A DNA stretch of 64,000 nucleotides from Eledone cirrhosa (lineage: Eukaryota). Of the stretch, positions 27,951 through 41,100 are shown one piece after another. Below the pieces are notes generated by a model that was not told the origin of the DNA, did no database searches, and saw only the letters and a list, made by a program, of their open reading frames with translations. Position numbers and translations under genes: made by a program. The stretch spans positions 13,268,001-13,332,000 of the forward strand of contig OZ024766.1 in the NCBI GenBank assembly GCA_964016885.1, read 5' to 3'. Positions within the stretch are counted from its first letter, which is position 1, and every line of letters begins with the position of its first letter.

Positions 27951-30900
27951 ATTCTCACCAACAGTGGAGTTACTTCTGACAGCTAATACCATGAACTTAA
28001 ATGAATTCTCACCAACATTGGAGTTACTTCTGACAGCTAGTACCATGAACTTAAATGAATTCTCACCAACAGTGGAGTTACTTCTGACAGCTAATACCAT
28101 GAACTTAGATGAATTCTCACCAACAGTGGCGTTCCTTCTGACAGCTAATACCATGAACTTAAATGAATTCTCACCAACAGTGGAGTTTCTTCTGACAGCT
28201 AGTACCATGACTTAAATGAATTCTCACCAACATTGGAGTTCCTTCTGACAGCTAATACCATGAACTTAAATGAATTCTCACCAACAGTGGAGTTACTTCT
28301 GACAGCTAATACCATGAACTTAAATGAATTCTCACCAACAGTGGAGTTGTTTCTGACAGCTAATACCATGAACTTAAACGAATTCTCACCAACAGTGGAG
28401 TTACTTCTGACAGCTAATACCATGAACTTAAATGAATTCTCACCAACATTGGAGTGACTTCTGACAGCTAATACCATGAACTTAAATGAATTCTCACCAA
28501 CATTGGGGTTACTTCTGACAGCTAGTACCATGAACTTAAATGAATTCTCACCAACAGTGGAGTGACTTCTAACAGCTAATACCATGAACTTAAATGAATT
28601 CTCACCAACATTGGAGTGACTTCTGACAGCTAACACCAAGACTTAAATGAATTCTCACCAACAGTGGAGTTCCTTCTGACAGCTAATACCATGAACTTAA
28701 ATGAATTCTCACCAACAGTGGAGTTACTTCTGACAGCTAATACCATGAACTTAAATGAATTCTCACCAACAGTGGAGTTACTTCTGACAGCTAATACCAT
28801 GAACTTAAATGCATTCTCACCAACATTGGAGTGACTTCTGACAGCTAGTACCATGAACTTAAATGAATTCTCACCAACAGTGGAGTTACTTCTGACAGCT
28901 AATACCATGAACTTAAATGAATTCTCACCAACATTGGAGTTACTTCTGACAGCTAGTACCATGAACTTAAATGAATTCTCACCAACATTGGAGTGACTTC
29001 TGACAGCTAATACCATGAACTTAAATGAATTCTCACCAACATTGGGGTTACTTCTGACAGCTAGTACCATGAACTTAAATGAATTCTCACCAACAGTGGA
29101 GTGACTTCTGACAGCTAATACCATGAACTTAAATGAATTCTCACCAACATTGGAGTTACTTCTGACAGCTAATACCATGAACTTAAATGAATTCTCACCA
29201 ACATTGGGGTTACTTCTGACAGCTAGTACCATGAACTTAAATGAATTCTCACCAACAGTGGAGTTACTTCTGACAGCTAATACCATGAACTTAAATGAAT
29301 TCTCACCAACAGTGGAGTTACTTCTGACAGCTAGTACCATGAACTTAAATGAATTCTCACCAACAGTGGAGTTACTTCTGACAGCTAATACCATGAACTT
29401 AAATGAATTCTCACCAACATTGGAGTTACTTCTGACAGCTAGTACCATGAACTTAAATGAATTCTCACCAACAGTGGAGTTACTTCTGACAGCTAGTACC
29501 ATGAACTTAAATGAATTCTCACCAACATTGGAGTTACTTCTGACAACTAATACCAAGACTTAAATGAATTCTCACCAACAGTGGAGTTCCTTCTGACAGC
29601 TAATACCATGAACTTAAATGAATTCTCACCAACATTGGAGTTACTTCTGACAGCTAGTACCATGAACTTAAATGAATTCTCACCAACAGTGGAGTTACTT
29701 CTGACAGCTAATACCATGAACTTAGATGAATTCTCACCAACAGTGGCGTTCCTTCTGACAGCTAATACCATGAACTTAAATGAATTCTCACCAACAGTGG
29801 AGTTACTTCTGACAGCTAGTACCATGACTTAAATGAATTCTCACAAACATTGGAGTTCCTTCTGACAGCTAATACCATGAACTTAAATGAATTCTCACCA
29901 ACAGTGGAGTTACTTCTGACAGCTAATACCATGAACTTAAATGAATTCTCACCAACATTGGATTTACTTCTGACAGCTAATACCATGACTTAAATGAATT
30001 CTCACCAACAGTGGAGTTCCTTGTGACAGCTAATACCATGAACTTAAATGAATTCTCACCAACATTACTGTTACTTCTGACAGCTAGTACCATGAACTTA
30101 AATGAATTCTCACCAACAGTGGAGTTCCTTCTGACAGCTAATACCATGAACTTAAATGAATTCTCACCAACATTGGAGTTACTTCTGACAGCTAGTACCA
30201 TGACTTAAATGAATTCTCACCAACATTGGAGTTACTTCTGACAACTAATACCATGACTTAAATGAATTCTCACCAACAGTGGAGTTACTTCTGACGAACT
30301 AATACCATGAACTTAAATGAATTCTCACCAACAGTGGAGTTACTTCTGACAACTAGTACCATGAACTTAAATGAATTCTCACCAACATTGGAGTTACTTC
30401 TGACAGCTAGTACCATGAACTTAAATGAATTCTCACCAACAGTGGAGTTCCTTCTGACAGCTAATACCATGAACTTAAATGAATTCTCACCAACAGTGGC
30501 GTTCCTTCTGACAGCTAATACCATGAACTTAAATGAATTCTCACCAACAGTGGAGTTACTTCTGACAGCTAGTACCATGACTTAAATGAATTCTCACCAA
30601 CATTGGAGTTCCTTCTGACAGCTAATACCATGAACTTAAATGAATTCTCACCAACAGTGGAGTTACTTCTGACAGCTAATACCATGAACTTAAATGAATT
30701 CTCACCAACAGTGGAGTTGCTTCTGACAGCTAATACCATGAACTTAAACGAATTCTCACCAACAGTGGAGTTACTTCTGACAGCTAATACCATGAACTTA
30801 AATGAATTCTCACCAACAGTGGAGTTACTTCTGACAGCTAGTACCATGAACTTAAATGAATTCTCACCAACATTGGAGTTACTTCTGACAACTAATACCA

Positions 30901-33900
30901 AGACTTAAATGAATTCTCACCAACAGTGGAGTTCCTTCTGACAGCTAATACCATGAACTTAAATGAATTCTCACCAACATTGGAGTTACTTCTGACAGCT
31001 AATACCATGAACTTAAATGAATTCTCACCAACATTGGAGTTACTTCTGACAGCTAGTACCATGAACTTAAATGAATTCTCACCAACAGTGGAGTTACTTC
31101 TGACAGCTAGTACCATGAACTTAAATGAATTCTCACCAACATTGGAGTTACTTCTGACAACTAACACCAAGACTTAAATGAATTCTCACCAACAGTGGAG
31201 TTACTTCTGACAGCTAATACCATGAACTTAAATGAATTCTCACCAACATTGGAGTTACTTCTGACAGCTAGTACCATGAACTTAAATGAATTCTCACCAA
31301 CAGTGGAGTTACTTCTGACAGCTAATACCATGAACTTAGATGAATTCTCACCAACAGTGGCGTTCCTTCTGACAGCTAATACCATGAACTTAAATGAATT
31401 CTCACCAACAGTGGAGTTACTTCTGACAGCTAGTACCATGACTTAAATGAATTCTCACAAACATTGCAGTTCCTTCTGACAGCTAATACCATGAACTTAA
31501 ATGAATTCTCACCAACAGTGGAGTTACTTCTGACAGCTAATACCATGAACTTAAATGAATTCTCACCAACATTGGATTTACTTCTGACAGCTAATACCAT
31601 GACTTAAATGAATTCTCACCAACAGTGGAGTTCCTTGTGACAGCTAATACCATGAACTTAAATGAATTCTCACCAACATTAGTGTTACTTCTGACAGCTA
31701 GTACCATGAACTTAAATGAATTCTCACCAACAGTGGAGTTCCTTCTGACAGCTAATACCATGAACTTAAATGAATTCTCACCAACATTGGAGTTACTTCT
31801 GACAGCTAGTACCATGACTTAAATGAATTCTCACCAACATTGGAGTTACTTCTGACAACTAATACCATGACTTAAATGAATTCTCACCAACAGTGGAGTT
31901 ACTTCTGACGAACTAATACCATGAACTTAAATGAATTCTCACCAACAGTGGAGTTACTTCTGACAACTAGTACCATGAACTTAAATGAATTCTCACCAAC
32001 AGTGGAGTTACTTCTGACAGCTAATACCATGAACTTAAATGAATTCTCACCAACAGTGGAGTTCCTTCTGACAGCTAATACCATGAACTTAAATGAATTC
32101 TCACCAACATTGGAGTTACTTCTGACAGCTAGTACCATGAACTTAAATGAATTCTCACCAACAGTGGAGTTACTTCTGACAGCTAATACCATGAACTTAA
32201 ATGAATTCTCACCAACAGTGGCGTTCCTTCTGACAGCTAATACCATGAACTTAAATGAATTCTCACCAACAGTGGAGTTACTTCTGACAGCTAGTACCAT
32301 GACTTAAATGAATTCTCACCAACATTGGAGTTCCTTCTGACAGCTAATACCATGAACTTAAATGAATTCTCACCAACAGTGGAGTTACTTCTGACAGCTA
32401 ATACCATGAACTTAAATGAATTCTCACCAACAGTGGAGTTACTTCTGACAGCTAATACCATGAACTTAAATGAATTCTCACCAACAGTGGAGTTACTTCT
32501 GACAGCTAATACCATGAACTTAAATGAATTCTCACCAACATTGGAGTGACTTCTGACAGCTAATACCATGAACTTAAATGAATTCTCACCAACATTGGGG
32601 TTACTTCTGACAGCTAGTACCATGAACTTAAATGAATTCTCACCAACAGTGGAGTGACTTCTGACAGCTAATACCATGAACTTAAATGAATTCTCACCAA
32701 CATTGGAGTGACTTCTGACAGCTAATACCATGAACTTAAATGAATTCTCACCAACATTGGGGTTACTTCTGACAGCTAGTACCATGAACTTAAATGAATT
32801 CTCACCAACAGTGGAGTTACTTCTGACAGCTAATACCATGAACTTAAATGAATTCTCACCAACAGTGGAGTTACTTCTGACAGCTAATACCATGAACTTA
32901 AATGAATTCTCACCAACATTGGAGTTACTTCTGACAGCTAGTACCATGAACTTAAATGAATTCTCACCAACAGTGGAGTTACTTCTGACAGCTAGTACCA
33001 TGAACTTAAATGAATTCTCACCAACATTGGAGTTACTTCTGACAACTAACACCAAGACTTAAATGAATTCTCACCAACAGTGGAGTTCCTTCTGACAGCT
33101 AATACCATGAACTTAAATGAATTCTCACCAACAGTGGAGTTACTTCTGACAGCTAATACCATGAACTTAAATGAATTCTCACCAACAGTGGAGTTACTTC
33201 TGACAGCTAATACCATGAACTTAAATGAATTCTCACCAACAGTGGAGTTACTTCTGACAGCTAATACCATGAACTTAAATGAATTCTCACCAACATTGGA
33301 GTGACTTCTGACAGCTAATACCATGAACTTAAATGAATTCTCACCAACATTGGGGTTACTTCTGACAGCTAGTACCATGAACTTAAATGAATTCTCACCA
33401 ACAGTGGAGTGACTTCTGACAGCTAATACCATGAACTTAAATGAATTCTCACCAACATTGGAGTTACTTCTGACAGCTAATACCATGAACTTAAATGAAT
33501 TCTCACCAACATTGGGGTTACTTCTGACAGCTAGTACCATGAACTTAAATGAATTCTCACCAACAGTGGAGTTACTTCTGACAGCTAATACCATGAACTT
33601 AAATGAATTCTCACCAACAGTGGAGTTACTTCTGACAGCTAGTACCATGAACTTAAATGAATTCTCACCAACAGTGGAGTTACTTCTGACAGCTAATACC
33701 ATGAACTTAAATGAATTCTCACCAACATTGGAGTTACTTCTGACAGCTAGTACCATGAACTTAAATGAATTCTCACCAACAGTGGAGTTACTTCTGACAG
33801 CTAGTACCATGAACTTAAATGAATTCTCACCAACATTGGAGTTACTTCTGACAACTAATACCAAGACTTAAATGAATTCTCACCAACAGTGGAGTTCCTT

Positions 33901-35150
33901 CTGACAGCTAATACCATGAACTTAAATGAATTCTCACCAACATTGGAGTTACTTCTGACAGCTAATACCATGAACTTAAATGAATTCTCACCAACATTGG
34001 AGTTACTTCTGACAGCTAGTACCATGAACTTAAATGAATTCTCACCAACAGTGGAGTTACTTCTGACAGCTAGTACCATGAACTTAAATGAATTCTCACC
34101 AACATTGGAGTTACTTCTGACAACTAACACCAAGACTTAAATGAATTCTCACCAACAGTGGAGTTACTTCTGACAGCTAATACCATGAACTTAAATGAAT
34201 TCTCACCAACATTGGAGTTACTTCTGACAGCTAGTACCATGAACTTAAATGAATTCTCACCAACAGTGGAGTTACTTCTGACAGCTAATACCATGAACTT
34301 AGATGAATTCTCACCAACAGTGGCGTTCCTTCTGACAGCTAATACCATGAACTTAAATGAATTCTCACCAACAGTGGAGTTACTTCTGACAGCTAGTACC
34401 ATGACTTAAATGAATTCTCACAAACATTGGAGTTCCTTCTGACAGCTAATACCATGAACTTAAATGAATTCTCACCAACAGTGGAGTTACTTCTGACAGC
34501 TAATACCATGAACTTAAATGAATTCTCACCAACATTGGATTTACTTCTGACAGCTAATACCATGACTTAAATGAATTCTCACCAACAGTGGAGTTCCTTG
34601 TGACAGCTAATACCATGAACTTAAATGAATTCTCACCAACATTACTGTTACTTCTGACAGCTAGTACCATGAACTTAAATGAATTCTCACCAACAGTGGA
34701 GTTCCTTCTGACAGCTAATACCATGAACTTAAATGAATTCTCACCAACATTGGAGTTACTTCTGACAGCTAGTACCATGACTTAAATGAATTCTCACCAA
34801 CATTGGAGTTACTTCTGACAACTAATACCATGACTTAAATGAATTCTCACCAACAGTGGAGTTACTTCTGACGAACTAATACCATGAACTTAAATGAATT
34901 CTCACCAACAGTGGAGTTACTTCTGACAACTAGTACCATGAACTTAAATGAATTCTCACCAACATTGGAGTTACTTCTGACAGCTAGTACCATGAACTTA
35001 AATGAATTCTCACCAACAGTGGAGTTCCTTCTGACAGCTAATACCATGAACTTAAATGAATTCTCACCAACAGTGGCGTTCCTTCTGACAGCTAATACCA
35101 TGAACTTAAATGAATTCTCACCAACAGTGGAGTTACTTCTGACAGCTAGT

Positions 35151-38100
35151 ACCATGACTTAAATGAATTCTCACCAACATTGGAGTTCCTTCTGACAGCT
35201 AATACCATGAACTTAAATGAATTCTCACCAACATTGGAGTTACTTCTGACAGCTAGTACCATGAACTTAAATGAATTCTCACCAACAGTGGAGTTACTTC
35301 TGACAGCTAATACCATGAATTTAAATGAATTCTCACCAACAGTGGCGTTCCTTCTGACAGCTAATACCATGAACTTAAATGAATTCTCACCAACAGTGGA
35401 GTTACTTCTGACAGCTAGTACCATGACTTAAATGAATTCTCACCAACATTGGAGTTCCTTCTGACAGCTAATACCATGAACTTAAATGAATTCTCACCAA
35501 CAGTGGAGTTACTTCTGACAGCTAATACCATGAACTTAAATGAATTCTCACCAACAGTGGAGTTACTTCTGACAGCTAATACCATGAACTTAAATGAATT
35601 CTCACCAACAGTGGAGTTACTTCTGACAGCTAATACCATGAACTTAAATGAATTCTCACCAACATTGGAGTGACTTCTGACAGCTAATACCATGAACTTA
35701 AATGAATTCTCACCAACATTGGGGTTACTTCTGACAGCTAGTACCATGAACTTAAATGAATTCTCACCAACAGTGGAGTGACTTCTGACAGCTAATACCA
35801 TGAACTTAAATGAATTCTCACCAACATTGGAGTTACTTCTGACAGCTAATACCATGACTTAAATGAATTCTCACCAACAGTGGAGTTACTTCTGACAGCT
35901 AATACCATCAACTTAAATGAATTCTCACCAACAGTGGAGTTACTTCTGACAGCTAATACCATGAACTTAAATGAATTCTCACCAACAGTGGAGTTACTTC
36001 TGACAGCTAATACCATGAACTTAAATGAATTCTCACCAACATTGGAGTGACTTCTGACAGCTAATACCATGAACTTAAATGAATTCTCACCAACATTGGG
36101 GTTACTTCTGACAGCTAGTACCATGAACTTAAATGAATTCTCACCAACAGTGGAGTGACTTCTGACAGCTAATACCATGAACTTAAATGAATTCTCACCA
36201 ACATTGGAGTGACTTCTGACAGCTAATACCATGAACTTAAATGAATTCTCACCAACAGTGGAGTTACTTCTGACAGCTAGTACCATGAACTTAAATGAAT
36301 TCTCACCAACAGTGGAGTTACTTCTGACAGCTAATACCATGAACTTAAATGAATTCTCACCAACAGTGGCGTTCCTTCTGACAGCTAATACCATGAACTT
36401 AAATGAATTCTCACCAACAGTGGAGTTACTTCTGACAGCTAATACCATGAACTTAAATGAATTCTCACCAACATTGGAGTTACTTCTGACAGCTAATACC
36501 ATGACTTAAATGAATTCTCACCAACAGTGGAGTTACTTCTGACAGCTAATACCATCAACTTAAATGAATTCTCACCAACAGTGGAGTTACTTCTGACAGC
36601 TAATACCATGAACTTAAATGAATTCTCACCAACAGTGGAGTTACTTCTGACAGCTAATACCATGAACTTAAATGAATTCTCACCAACATTGGAGTGACTT
36701 CTGACAGCTAATACCATGAACTTAAATGAATTCTCACCAACATTGGGGTTACTTCTGACAGCTAGTACCATGAACTTAAATGAATTCTCACCAACAGTGG
36801 AGTGACTTCTGACAGCTAATACCATGAACTTAAATGAATTCTCACCAACATTGGAGTGACTTCTGACAGCTAATACCATGAACTTAAATGAATTCTCACC
36901 AACAGTGGAGTTACTTCTGACAGCTAGTACCATGAACTTAAATGAATTCTCACCAACAGTGGAGTTACTTCTGACAGCTAATACCATGAACTTAAATGAA
37001 TTCTCACCAACAGTGGCGTTCCTTCTGACAGCTAATACCATGAACTTAAATGAATTCTCACCAACAGTGGAGTTACTTCTGACAGCTAATACCATGAACT
37101 TAAATGAATTCTTACCAACAGTGGAGTTACTTCTGACAGCTAATACCATGAACTTAAATGAATTCTCACCAACATTGGAGTGACTTCTGACAGCTAATAC
37201 CATGAACTTAAATGAATTCTCACCAACATTGGGGTTACTTCTGACAGCTAGTACCATGAACTTAAATGTATTCTCACCAACAGTGGAGTGACTTCTGACA
37301 GCTAGTACCATGAACTTAAATGAATTCTCACCAACAGTGGAGTTACTTCTGACAGCTAATACCATGAACTTAAATGAATTCTCAGCAACAGTGGAGTTCC
37401 TTCTGACAGCTAATACCATGAACTTAAATGAATTCTCACCAACATTGGAGTTACTTCTGACAGCTAGTACCATGAACTTAAATGAATTCTCACCAACAGT
37501 GGAGTTACTTCTGACAGCTAATACCATGAACTTAAATGAATTCTCACCAACATTGGGGTTACTTCTGACAGCTAATACCATGAACTTAAATGAATTCTCA
37601 CCAACATTGGAGTTACTTCTGACAGCTAGTACCATGAACTTAAATGAATTCTCACCAACAGTGGAGTTACTTCTGACAGCTAATACCATGAACTTAAATG
37701 AATTCTCACCAACAGTGGCGTTCCTTCTGACAGCTAATACAATGAACTTAAATGAATTCTCACCAACAGTGGAGTTACTTCTGACAGCTAGTACCATGAC
37801 TTAAATGAATTCTCACCAACATTGGAGTGACTTCTGACAGCTAATACCATGAACTTAAATGAATTCTCACCAACAGTGGAGTTACTTCTGACAGCTAATA
37901 CCATGAACTTAAATGAATTCTCACCAACATTGGAGTTACTTCTGACAGCTAGTACCATGAACTTAAATGAATTCTCACCAACAGTGGAGTTACTTCTGAC
38001 AGCTAATACCATGAATTTAAATGAATTCTCACCAACAGTGGAGTTACTTCTGACAGCTAATACCATGACTTAAATGAATTCTCACCAACATTGGAGTGAC

Positions 38101-41100
38101 TTCTGACAGCTAATACCATGAACTTAAATGAATTCTCACCAATAGTGGAGTTACTTCTGACAGCTAATACCATGAACTTAAATGAATTCTCACCAACATT
38201 GGAGTTACTTCTGACAGCTAGTACCATGAACTTAAATGAATTCTCACCAACAGTGGAGTTACTTCTGACAGCTAATACCATGAATTTAAATGAATTCTCA
38301 CCAACAGTGGCGTTCTTTCTGACAGCTAATACCATGAACTTAAATGAATTCTCACCAACAGTGGAGTTACTTCTGACAGCTAGTACCATGACTTAAATGA
38401 ATTCTCACCAACATTGGAGTTCCTTCTGACAGCTAATACCATGAACTTAAATGAATTCTCACCAACAGTGGAGTTACTTCTGACAGCTAATACCATGAAC
38501 TTAAATGAATTCTCACCAACAGTGGAGTTACTTCTGACAGCTAATACCATGAACTTAAATGAATTCTCACCAACAGTGGAGTTACTTCTGACAGCTAATA
38601 CCATGAACTTAAATGAATTCTCACCAACATTGGAGTGACTTCTGACAGCTAATACCATGAACTTAAATGAATTCTCACCAACATTGGGGTTACTTCTGAC
38701 AGCTAGTACCATGAACTTAAATGAATTCTCACCAACAGTGGAGTGACTTCTGACAGCTAATACCATGAACTTAAATGAATTCTCACCAACATTGGAGTTA
38801 CTTCTGACAGCTAATACCATGACTTAAATGAATTCTCACCAACAGTGGAGTTACATCTGACAGCTAATACCATCAACTTAAATGAATTCTCACCAACAGT
38901 GGAGTTACTTCTGACAGCTAATACCATGAACTTAAATGAATTCTCACCAACAGTGGAGTTACTTCTGACAGCTAATACCATGAACTTAAATGAATTCTCA
39001 CCAACATTGGAGTGACTTCTGACAGCTAATACCATGAACTTAAATGAATTCTCACCAACATTGGGGTTACTTCTGACAGCTAGTACCATGAACTTAAATG
39101 AATTCTCACCAACAGTGGAGTGACTTCTGACAGCTAATACCATGAACTTAAATGAATTCTCACCAACATTGGAGTGACTTCTGACAGCTAATACCATGAA
39201 CTTAAATGAATTCTCACCAACAGTGGAGTTACTTCTGACAGCTAGTACCATGAACTTAAATGAATTCTCACCAACAGTGGAGTTACTTCTGACAGCTAAT
39301 ACCATGAACTTAAATGAATTCTCACCAACAGTGGCGTTCCTTCTGACAGCTAATACCATGAACTTAAATGAATTCTCACCAACAGTGGAGTTACTTCTGA
39401 CAGCTAATACCATGAACTTAAATGAATTCTTACCAACAGTGGAGTTACTTCTGACAGCTAATACCATGAACTTAAATGAATTCTCACCAACATTGGAGTG
39501 ACTTCTGACAGCTAATACCATGAACTTAAATGAATTCTCACCAACATTGGGGTTACTTCTGACAGCTAGTACCATGAACTTAAATGTATTCTCACCAACA
39601 GTGGAGTGACTTCTGACAGCTAGTACCATGAACTTAAATGAATTCTCACCAACAGTGGAGTTACTTCTGACAGCTAATACCATGAACTTAAATGAATTCT
39701 CAGCAACAGTGGAGTTCCTTCTGACAGCTAATACCATGAACTTAAATGAATTCTCACCAACATTGGAGTTACTTCTGACAGCTAGTACCATGAACTTAAA
39801 TGAATTCTCACCAACAGTGGAGTTACTTCTGACAGCTAATACCATGAACTTAAATGAATTCTCACCAACATTGGGGTTACTTCTGACAGCTAATACCATG
39901 AACTTAAATGAATTCTCACCAACATTGGAGTTACTTCTGACAGCTAGTACCATGAACTTAAATGAATTCTCACCAACAGTGGAGTTACTTCTGACAGCTA
40001 ATACCATGAACTTAAATGAATTCTCACCAACAGTGGCGTTCCTTCTGACAGCTAATACAATGAACTTAAATGAATTCTCACCAACAGTGGAGTTACTTCT
40101 GACAGCTAGTACCATGACTTAAATGAATTCTCACCAACATTGGAGTGACTTCTGACAGCTAATACCATGAACTTAAATGAATTCTCACCAACGGTGGAGT
40201 TACTTCTGACAGCTAATACCATGAACTTAAATGAATTCTCACCAACATTGGAGTTACTTCTGACAGCTAGTACCATGAACTTAAATGAATTCTCACCAAC
40301 AGTGGAGTTACTTCTGACAGCTAATACCATGAACTTAAATGAATTCTCACCAACAGTGGCGTTCCTTCTGACAGCTAATACCATGAACTTAAATGAATTC
40401 TCACCAACAGTGGAGTTACTTCTGACAGCTAATACCATGAACTTAAATGAATTCTTACCAACAGTGGAGTTACTTCTGACAGCTAATACCATGAACTTAA
40501 ATGAATTCTCACCAACATTGGAGTGACTTCTGACAGCTAATACCATGAACTTAAATGAATTCTCACCAACATTGGGGTTACTTCTGACAGCTAGTACCAT
40601 GAACTTAAATGTATTCTCACCAACAGTGGAGTGACTTCTGACAGCTAGTACCATGAACTTAAATGAATTCTCACCAACAGTGGAGTTACTTCTGACAGCT
40701 AATACCATGAACTTAAATGAATTCTCAGCAACAGTGGAGTTCCTTCTGACAGCTAATACCATGAACTTAAATGAATTCTCACCAACATTGGAGTTACTTC
40801 TGACAGCTAGTACCATGAACTTAAATGAATTCTCACCAACAGTGGAGTTACTTCTGACAGCTAATACCATGAACTTAAATGAATTCTCACCAACATTGGG
40901 GTTACTTCTGACAGCTAATACCATGAACTTAAATGAATTCTCACCAACATTGGAGTTACTTCTGACAGCTAGTACCATGAACTTAAATGAATTCTCACCA
41001 ACAGTGGAGTTACTTCTGACAGCTAATACCATGAACTTAAATGAATTCTCACCAACAGTGGCGTTCCTTCTGACAGCTAATACAATGAACTTAAATGAAT

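Larger units (their letters stand above)
1..35150. repeat. Satellite sub-domain A, rich in 53-bp monomers and carrying the ACAACT, CCAAGAC and 55-bp GACGAACT variants
   Basis: ORF-track signatures of these variants (TTNTKT ends, MVLVVR, LVRQK) occur only here. The last CCAAGAC is at ~34130, the last GACGAACT at ~34870 and the last ACAACT at ~34927. Confidence 0.85.
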
